The notes below the pieces were generated by a model. It searched no databases. It saw only the letters and a list, made by a program, of their open reading frames with translations, and was not told the DNA's origin. From Chitinophagales bacterium (lineage in GTDB: Bacteria > Bacteroidota > Bacteroidia > Chitinophagales > JADIYW01), in the NCBI GenBank assembly GCA_046329785.1, contig JAXLTZ010000016.1, forward strand, positions 599 through 64,598: DNA of 64,000 nucleotides, in the 5' to 3' direction. A program made the translations under genes and the position numbers. Numbering within the stretch: position 1 is the stretch's first letter; the number at the start of each line of letters is the position of its first letter. Shown here in pieces: positions 54,401 to 60,907 of the stretch.

Positions 54401-54805
54401 TTGTATGTAAATTTTAATTTCCTCTTTGAATATAAAGAAGACTTGGAAAAAAGGAAGCAATATATTAAGGTTATCGAGCAAGGAACAGACATTGAATCGG
54501 TTCTAGTTCGTGAATACAAGCCATTTAAAAACCAGTCTAAGCGCTTCGTTAAGTTGTACGCCGAATTATTCCCGATCTTGCCTAATTTGACCGCATACGA
54601 AGCTAAAATCTTTTTCTATATTATAGCGAACCTAAAAATGAAATCGAAAACCATTGTTTTAAAACCTGGTAGTTTCAATTTTCACCGCCAAACATTCTAT
54701 AAAGCTATTAACGGTTTAATTGTCTGGGATCTGATTACAAAATCACCGAATACAAACGCACTTTACATCATCAATACTGATTACTATTTCAATGGTCAAA
54801 TATGA
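54401..54805 (+). CDS. RepL-like winged-helix protein (replication or regulatory), TTG start
   Basis: LTAYEAKIFFYIIANL...FHRQTFYKAINGLIVWDLITKSPNTNALYIINTDYYFNG resembles the wHTH and C-terminal NP-x-x-x-F-x-G end of RepL-type proteins as I recall them. There is no in-frame ATG before residue 79. Confidence 0.4.
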   Translation: MYVNFNFLFEYKEDLEKRKQYIKVIEQGTDIESVLVREYKPFKNQSKRFVKLYAELFPILPNLTAYEAKIFFYIIANLKMKSKTIVLKPGSFNFHRQTFYKAINGLIVWDLITKSPNTNALYIINTDYYFNGQI

Positions 54806-54990
54806 TCTAATTCAATAGTCACTTTAATACACGTTATATTTATGATTGTTTAAATGATTTATGATTGTAGGTTAATCCTATGTGTGTGGGTTTTGTGCGT
54901 GGGGATGCTTGCAATTACACGCCAACAAATGTATCTTGCAGCACGCTTGCCGCTGGCGCAGTTAGCACCACGCCACATTGGTTGCATTTG

Positions 54991-55029
54991 CAATAGTTGT
55001 ATAAACAATAGTTGTCATAACAATAGTTG
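54991..55029. repeat. Three CAATAGTTG iterons with an exact 15-bp period
   Basis: Copies lie at 54991-54999, 55006-55014 and 55021-55029. A related CAATAGT lies at 54813-54819. An A-rich tract follows at 55030-55082. Confidence 0.85.
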
Positions 55030-55082
55030 CAAAATAAACTATATTAATAAAAATAAACCCCCAAAACACACCAAAAACAATA

Positions 55083-55110
55083 ACAAGCGTTAACTAGTAT
55101 TAACGCTTGT
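55083..55110. promoter_or_regulatory. Perfect 11-6-11 inverted repeat (candidate tyrosine-recombinase core site, or a terminator hairpin)
   Basis: ACAAGCGTTAA-CTAGTA-TTAACGCTTGT. The right arm plus one base (TTAACGCTTGTA) recurs at 55331-55342. Confidence 0.45.
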
Positions 55111-55495
55111 ACTTTTACATCGGCATGGAATTACTTTCTTTCGGTTTTATCATACTTATATTAGTTTAAATATTACTTGTATTACTTGTTTGAATTGAAT
55201 TTCCTTTTTTCTAGGGTACTCCTTGCGCCATGTTCGATTTTCCTGCGATGCGACCGGTGGGTGCTACATAACGGCACCTCGACACCGCAACCACATAAAT
55301 CACACAACAAAAAGTGTTAAAAAGTAAAAATTAACGCTTGTAAGTTGTGTTTTTTCCAATAAATCACTATCTTTGTGATGATAAAAGCATCAAATATATA
55401 GCATGATGTATCAAAATGTACAGTTGTAGTAGAAGGATTTTTAGGCGAGTATTTGTGATTGATTATTGGTCTGAAATGGCAGTTTTTAGTGGTAC

Positions 55496-55525
55496 TTTGG
55501 TAGTTTTGGGTAGTGATTTGGTAGT
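55496..55525. repeat. Three TTTGG(G)TAGT direct repeats in a G/T-skewed tract
   Basis: Copies lie at 55496-55504, 55505-55514 and 55517-55525. A related TTTAGTGGTAC lies just upstream. Confidence 0.7.
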
Positions 55526-55623
55526 GATGTGAGTGGTGGTTGCGTGTGTGATAAAATCATTACTGAGGTTTGGTAATGAAATGGGTGATAAGGATTCTTT
55601 AATATTTGTAAAAAGCAGGTAAA

Positions 55624-55872
55624 ATGGTAACGGAATTTCAATTTGTAGGGCTATCCAAAAATAAAAGATTCACACTTTATGATAACACAAAAAAGCGTGA
55701 TGTGTTTTGGTCATTTTCCAATTTAGCGGATGATCGCTTTAATGCACTATGGAATTATTTTGTTGGCGGTGGCAAATGGACTGGAAACGAAAAGGCGATT
55801 ATAAAGCATGATGGACTTACATCACAAGGCACACCTATAAATCCTGTAATTATTGAAGTAAAATTACCTTAA
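55624..55872 (+). CDS. Hypothetical protein
   Basis: 82-aa ORF, the first gene after the non-coding region. Confidence 0.5.
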   Translation: MVTEFQFVGLSKNKRFTLYDNTKKRDVFWSFSNLADDRFNALWNYFVGGGKWTGNEKAIIKHDGLTSQGTPINPVIIEVKLP

Positions 55873-55885
55873 TCAAATAATCAGT

Positions 55886-56368
55886 ATGAATACAAGACAA
55901 ACACTAAGTAATCTTTTATCTTTTCTCATCGATAATCGAATCGGTGGAACAACAACACTAATTGAAAAAACAGCAATAGAAAATGATTGTAAAATCATAG
56001 TTCATACCGACCATGGTAAAAAGGAATTCAAATCACCAATGGTTCGTGAAAAGTGCGTATCGTTTAGTGACTTGAAAAATCATTTGGGTAAAAAGGCAGT
56101 TCCGGTTTTAATTGACAATGCAGCATTGATTAAATTTCTGGAAATGTCAATACAGGAAATTAGTATGCACGAATGGATTCCGATAGTTAAATTTCCGAAG
56201 AATTACGATGAAGACCACGACGACAATCGTTTTCTTATCTATGATGAAACGTATGGTACACAAGCAGCGATTTATGATAGTGGTAGATTTTTTGTTCCGC
56301 TTACAACAGGAGTTAAAGAGTTTTTCCCAAAGTTCTATCGTCAATTACCTAAGGCACCGAATCAATAA
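55886..56368 (+). CDS. Hypothetical protein
   Basis: 160-aa ORF. Confidence 0.55.
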   Translation: MNTRQTLSNLLSFLIDNRIGGTTTLIEKTAIENDCKIIVHTDHGKKEFKSPMVREKCVSFSDLKNHLGKKAVPVLIDNAALIKFLEMSIQEISMHEWIPIVKFPKNYDEDHDDNRFLIYDETYGTQAAIYDSGRFFVPLTTGVKEFFPKFYRQLPKAPNQ

Positions 56369-56376
56369 ACAACACC

Positions 56377-56571
56377 ATGAGCAACTACGCACTTAACAAT
56401 CAATTTATGCATGCATTCGTTCAAAGACGATATTGCACATTTTGCGGTGAGGAAATCGAACGAAAGTTTATAAATGGTAAATTTTCACATTATGATTTTA
56501 ATCACAAGTGCAAATCGTTCCTTGAACGAATGAAAAGTAATTTTGATAACATACCAAAAAATAATCAGTAA
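56377..56571 (+). CDS. Small hypothetical protein with Cys/His pairs
   Basis: CTFCGEE...HKCKS. Confidence 0.45.
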   Translation: MSNYALNNQFMHAFVQRRYCTFCGEEIERKFINGKFSHYDFNHKCKSFLERMKSNFDNIPKNNQ

Positions 56572-56572
56572 A

Positions 56573-56803
56573 ATGGAAATAGGGAAAAAATATAAATTAA
56601 TAGAAGATAAAGAATATCAAGCAAAGCATTATAACGTACTTAATGGTGAAGAAGTTGTTAGTAATACTGGCGTGTTGGAAAAGTTTTATGAAAAAACAGG
56701 TATTTGTGTTTTATCTGTAAAAATAAAATATCACTATAACGATGGAATAATAAAAGACACAAACATTTATGTAAATAAAGACGACCTAACATTAATTAAC
56801 TAA
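56573..56803 (+). CDS. Hypothetical protein (start moved to MEIGKKY)
   Basis: The ATG at 56573 follows the upstream stop (56569-56571) directly. Confidence 0.45.
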   Translation: MEIGKKYKLIEDKEYQAKHYNVLNGEEVVSNTGVLEKFYEKTGICVLSVKIKYHYNDGIIKDTNIYVNKDDLTLIN

Positions 56804-56818
56804 AAATAACTCAGCAGT

Positions 56819-57835
56819 ATGGAAATCTTATCAGTAAATCAAAAAGGCACAGCTTCTACATTCGTCAGGAATGAAAGTGATGAAGCAATCTTCGCTCGCT
56901 ATCTGGCGGAAAGCGACTTCAAGGAAGGTACAAAACGAGTATATCGTGCCGGACTACGCGGACTCTATTCCTGGATGCTCGCAAATAACTACACGCTTGA
57001 AAAAATCTCGCGTATTGAAGTGATTAGCTACAAAAATGGATTACAGGGCACAAAGCTGTCACACAAAAGCAAGACAGCATATTTTCAAGCACTATTGTGC
57101 TTTTTCAAATGGTATGGCGCCGAGTTTAATGGCGGCAAGAACATTGCTGCAGGAGTCAGCGGATTCGATAATATCGTGGATTTTCAAAAAGATGCACTCA
57201 CTGATGATGAATTTAAAAAAATATTGAAGGCATCGCTGGCCAAAGACACCTTTGTGCGTTACCGGAATTTTGCGATCATCTGGATATTGGGCACAACCGG
57301 TATGCGCGGATCTCTAAGTGCGCGGAACCTGAAATGGAGCGATTTGGTTAGGCGTGAATGTATAGATGATAAAGGCAATGTGAGTCTGCGCGACTTCATT
57401 CGTTATACAAAAAAAGGCAAAGGCTTCAAGGAAGATTATGTGCCAATTAATGATAGTACGTATTTGAAACTGATGGCCTGGTATAAACAGGTTGAGCATT
57501 GGTACGGCAGGGTAGAGCAGGACTGGCCTATATTTTATTCACTACGCTTCGATCTTGCGAAAAAGCATCAGGAGCCGGCGCATCTAAGTGATAGCGGTTT
57601 TCGTGATTTGGTGCGTGGAATGATGAAAGATGCTGGCGTTTGGAGTAAAACTAAAAGCATGCACAGTATTCGCCATTATTTTGCAACCATGATACTTCGT
57701 CAGACGAATGGCGATAAGGAATTTGTGCGCGGACTACTTGGACACAGTTCGACAAAAGTCACCGATACCTATACGCGTCAGGCGGACAGGTTTTTGGCTG
57801 CAAGTAAAATTCAAGATATAAAATTTGCTGAGTGA
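56819..57835 (+). CDS. int: Tyrosine recombinase / phage integrase family
   Basis: An N-terminal SAM-like region, then MRGSLSARNLKWSDL (catalytic Arg region), HSIRHYFATMILRQ and LLGHSSTKVTDTYT (H-x-x-R ... H ... Y). Confidence 0.9.
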   Translation: MEILSVNQKGTASTFVRNESDEAIFARYLAESDFKEGTKRVYRAGLRGLYSWMLANNYTLEKISRIEVISYKNGLQGTKLSHKSKTAYFQALLCFFKWYGAEFNGGKNIAAGVSGFDNIVDFQKDALTDDEFKKILKASLAKDTFVRYRNFAIIWILGTTGMRGSLSARNLKWSDLVRRECIDDKGNVSLRDFIRYTKKGKGFKEDYVPINDSTYLKLMAWYKQVEHWYGRVEQDWPIFYSLRFDLAKKHQEPAHLSDSGFRDLVRGMMKDAGVWSKTKSMHSIRHYFATMILRQTNGDKEFVRGLLGHSSTKVTDTYTRQADRFLAASKIQDIKFAE

Positions 57836-57889
57836 TGAAAAAAAGAAGAATCAATTGCAGTAGAAAATAATTTACATTAAACACCAACC

Positions 57890-58048
57890 ATGAGCAACAA
57901 CATCGGCAACAAACTATTCCGAATGGATATAGTGAAAAAGAGAGACAAGCGCGGAAACGTTTTGCGGCTTTGTGTCAGGCTGCGAAGCGTTGGAATTGAG
58001 CATTGGGGCAGCTTGCACAAAACCGATGTTATACGCTGGCACGGGTAA
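57890..58048 (+). CDS. Small basic hypothetical ORF (52 aa)
   Basis: MSNNIGNKLFRMDIVKKRDKRGNVLRLCVRLRSVGIEHWGSLHKTDVIRWHG. It is co-oriented with its neighbours and is preferred over the antisense 57877..58074 ORF. Confidence 0.3.
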   Translation: MSNNIGNKLFRMDIVKKRDKRGNVLRLCVRLRSVGIEHWGSLHKTDVIRWHG

Positions 58049-58094
58049 TTTAGTAGGAACTTAATTTGAAACACAAATAAAAATCACACAAGCA

Positions 58095-58400
58095 ATGGCA
58101 ACAATAATTTATGAAATACCAAACTCCGTAAAGGAAATGTTCGAACAAGGCGAAAATAGTTATCGCATTATTGACTATTCAATACAGGAAATGGACAATA
58201 TTCAAAGTATGCAACATTTCCTTGACTGCATAGGAGCGACAACAGATAATATCGAAACAGACGATGGGACGCAGGTAGTAATTGTTCATCCCGATTTTGA
58301 CCACAAACTTGTAATTGATAGTGGTGGGTTGGGTGATTTTTATTCTCACGGTTATGACGTAACTCTCTATTCGGAGACGGTCAGTAGTGCTTGCGTATAA
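58095..58400 (+). CDS. Hypothetical acidic protein
   Basis: 101-aa ORF. Confidence 0.5.
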   Translation: MATIIYEIPNSVKEMFEQGENSYRIIDYSIQEMDNIQSMQHFLDCIGATTDNIETDDGTQVVIVHPDFDHKLVIDSGGLGDFYSHGYDVTLYSETVSSACV

Positions 58401-58681
58401 CGAAAGTATTGTCGTTCCGGACAAACCAAGTATTACTGTTTATCGCGATAAAGATGGCGGTTTCCATTGCGATATAAATGTAAATGGCTATTTGTATGGC
58501 GCCATTCGGCATACCATAGAAGATATCGCTGAGTATTGCCAATACTCAGGTTGCCGTTCAGCTTTCAAGAGGTATAAAATTAGAGTGGAAACTAAGTATT
58601 GTTGACAAAATCAGAGATTTCGAGAATCTAAAGAACGAAGCATGGTTAAAGTTGCAAGATGAACTTGCTAAAATTGGGTAA
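58387..58681 (+). pseudogene. Paralogue of 26017..26283 that needs a +1 shift at nt 58537 to be read through
   Basis: Frame 1 gives ...AIRHTIEDIAEY, then diverges to a stop at 58605. Skipping T58537 gives ANTQVAVQLSRGIKLEWKL...DELAKIG, ending at the TAA at 58679-58681. This aligns residue for residue with FAIRQTVVQLGRGIDL of the paralogue. Confidence 0.55.
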
Positions 58682-59362
58682 TTACTCCACGATAAACGCC
58701 AAATCTTCATCGTCAACAACAGCCACAACCTTGTCGCCAATTTTTACAGTAAGATTAGTGTGTTTATGAATAATCACGCGTTCACCAGCAAATTTTCCTT
58801 TTAAAACAGTTCCTATTCTATCAAACGCTTTAATGCCAAATAAACTGATGCCTTTGTATTTGTTGTCGTGAATTTTTTTGCCTTTCGGATCTAAAATTTT
58901 TGATTTTCTTATCTCACCAAGTATTCTTTCACGTTCATCATTGGTTTTTTTGACATTCACATCCAATTCTACAAGATTTATTCCATCAAAAACATTGAAA
59001 TGCTTGAAACTATTAGGTATTGCTCGTAAATCATTGCTATCGGTGGATTCGATACCACGATAATATCCATACATACCGCCAAGTGCCATCGGAATTTCTT
59101 CAACCAAGAACATAAAGTCACAATCAAACTCAGGAAGTTCGTATCTATTGAATACAAGAAAATTCTGAACGATTGCAGTCTGCATTTGCTTATGAAACTG
59201 TATGATGTCGCCTTTTTTTAGAAGTACGCCATCAGTCAACACCTCAGCATTGACACAATCATCGAATATATGATATGGATTATCACCGGTTTGAATGATA
59301 ATTTCACGGTTAAGTAGTGGTCTTGTTAGCACCCATCCGTTTACTGGTTTCGTGCTACTCAT
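58682..59362 (-). CDS. Protein with GroES-like N- and C-terminal segments (weak)
   Basis: NGWVLTRPLL...AEVLTDGVLLKKGDIIQF and GTVLKGKFAGERVIIHKHTNLTVKIGDKVVAVVDDEDLAFIVE resemble GroES strands. Confidence 0.35.
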   Translation of the reverse strand: MSSTKPVNGWVLTRPLLNREIIIQTGDNPYHIFDDCVNAEVLTDGVLLKKGDIIQFHKQMQTAIVQNFLVFNRYELPEFDCDFMFLVEEIPMALGGMYGYYRGIESTDSNDLRAIPNSFKHFNVFDGINLVELDVNVKKTNDERERILGEIRKSKILDPKGKKIHDNKYKGISLFGIKAFDRIGTVLKGKFAGERVIIHKHTNLTVKIGDKVVAVVDDEDLAFIVE

Positions 59363-59642
59363 TTGACACGATGAATTTTATGTTTCCGGCAACTGTGTAA
59401 GTGATTGTTTCGGATAAAATGGTTTCTGAAATCACAGCAGATTTATAAATGAGTACATTATCACCAACCTTAATTCCAGCAGCTTTCACCTTTTCATTTT
59501 CTGCATCCAGCATAGTAATTTTTGCCAATTGCAGGCGCATAATGTTGTCGTCTAAATGAATACCACTTCCGGTTTTTTCTTGCATTTTGATGGTTTCTAT
59601 CAAAACCACATCACCAAGTGCTTTTTTAATTTTTAAAGGCAT
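59355..59642 (-). CDS. GroES/gp31-like co-chaperonin candidate
   Basis: 95 aa. LGDVVLIETIKMQEKTGSGIHL...IKVGDNVLIYKSA...IKFIV parallels the GroES layout. Confidence 0.45.
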   Translation of the reverse strand: MPLKIKKALGDVVLIETIKMQEKTGSGIHLDDNIMRLQLAKITMLDAENEKVKAAGIKVGDNVLIYKSAVISETILSETITYTVAGNIKFIVSNE

Positions 59643-59658
59643 AAAAAATATTTTTTCT

Positions 59659-59697
59659 CAAAAATAGTATATTTCTGATAGTTTTAGTATAAATTTG
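59659..59697. promoter_or_regulatory. Divergent promoter region, partial third copy of the 40-bp element
   Basis: The minus strand reads ATCAGAAATATACTATTTTTG, matching 18 of 20 positions of copies A and B and containing TATTTTTG. The plus strand has TAAATTTG (59690-59697) 19 nt before the ATG at 59716. Confidence 0.5.
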
Positions 59698-59715
59698 ATG
59701 CGTAAATTAAATTGA

Positions 59716-60882
59716 ATGTCTGAAGAAGAAGTTCAAACTAACAATAATGAAGCAGCAAATGCTAGTGCCGCTGCAACAAATGCTGATATAAAATTCAGTA
59801 TTGGCGCAAGTCAGCAAGCAGCTACAAATACCAACACTGAGGTGGTAAATACTGAAACTGTAAATACAGAACAGAATAATACCAATACTCAAACGCAGAC
59901 AGAAGCAACAACTGCCGCTACAACCGAAGCTACGGCAAACAATGAAGCAGCAGAAAAAGCAACAACAGAGCAAAAGAAAATTCCGATTGAGTTTAAGAAA
60001 CAAGAACCATCGGAAATATTCAATACACTCAAACAGCAGTACGGTAGAGAAATTGATGAAGATTATCTGAAAAAAGATTACAAATCATTATTTACACAAG
60101 CAGAAGAAAAATTAAAACATTTTGAGTCAAAAATAGCCATTCTTGACGATGAGGTTATCAAATCCATAGTTGACTACAAAAACAAAGGCGGCGATCTTAA
60201 AGAATTCTTCTATGCACAAACAATCGATGCAGACAGCATTCCGCAAGATAAATTGATCACAGATTTCGTAAACAGACAAAATCCTGATTATGACGATTTG
60301 ATCAAAGAAATGGAATTGACACAAAAGTACGGAATTGGTATTGATTTGGAAGCTGAGATCAAAGAGGCGCGTGAAAACCAAGATACTGCACAACTATATA
60401 AGTTGGCAGAAATTAAGAAAAACAGAATTGACGCAAGTAATGCGCAAAAACAATATATCAATGCACAAAAAGTTGAAATCTTAAACAGACAACCGGCGGT
60501 GCAAAACCAGGAAGAAGTTCAAAAACAATTTGAAGCCAAATTGGGTGAGTATGCAAAATATGCCGAAGAAAATTTATCTACGATAAGGGAACTTACGTTG
60601 GGTGATTTTTCACTTGGCGAACAAATAGCAGACACATCATACATTGGTTACAAAGACGAAAGTGGAATTTTATATGTACATGGAATCACAGACAGGGAAC
60701 TGACAGAAGCGATCTTCATCTACAAAAACAAAGATGCCATTTTCAACAAAATCAGAGAAGACTTGAATGTTGATGCAGAAATTAAAAATGATCAGGCATT
60801 TAACAATCCGGTTCAAACGAACGTAATTCCAACAAGCAGTAGTAGCAATGGTGAAATCAAATTCCAAATTAAAGGAAAGTGA
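59716..60882 (+). CDS. Scaffolding protein candidate
   Basis: T/N/A/E-rich low-complexity N-terminus, coiled-coil body, located immediately upstream of the capsid-sized gene. The call is positional. Confidence 0.4.
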   Translation: MSEEEVQTNNNEAANASAAATNADIKFSIGASQQAATNTNTEVVNTETVNTEQNNTNTQTQTEATTAATTEATANNEAAEKATTEQKKIPIEFKKQEPSEIFNTLKQQYGREIDEDYLKKDYKSLFTQAEEKLKHFESKIAILDDEVIKSIVDYKNKGGDLKEFFYAQTIDADSIPQDKLITDFVNRQNPDYDDLIKEMELTQKYGIGIDLEAEIKEARENQDTAQLYKLAEIKKNRIDASNAQKQYINAQKVEILNRQPAVQNQEEVQKQFEAKLGEYAKYAEENLSTIRELTLGDFSLGEQIADTSYIGYKDESGILYVHGITDRELTEAIFIYKNKDAIFNKIREDLNVDAEIKNDQAFNNPVQTNVIPTSSSSNGEIKFQIKGK

Positions 60883-60907
60883 TTTTAAACATTAAACAAC
60901 TACAAAA

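Noticed and set aside
54854-55093. 79-aa plus-strand ORF covering GC island 1 and the CAATAGTTG iterons.
   Set aside because: The translation (…CICNSCINNSCHNNSCKINYINKNKPPKHTKNNNKR) is produced by the DNA repeats and the A-rich tract. It has no protein-like features. I treat the region as non-coding.
55210-55300. GC island 2 as a tRNA fragment or attP identity block derived from a tRNA gene.
   Set aside because: No T-arm (GGTTCGAATCC-like with a paired stem) or acceptor/CCA end could be fitted on either strand. TTCGATT at about 55233 lacks flanking complementarity. It is kept only as an unexplained structured or GC-rich island.
59707-60003. 98-aa Cys/Phe-rich minus-strand ORF.
   Set aside because: It is antisense to the T/N/A/E-rich N-terminus of the scaffold candidate and is a mirror-frame artefact.
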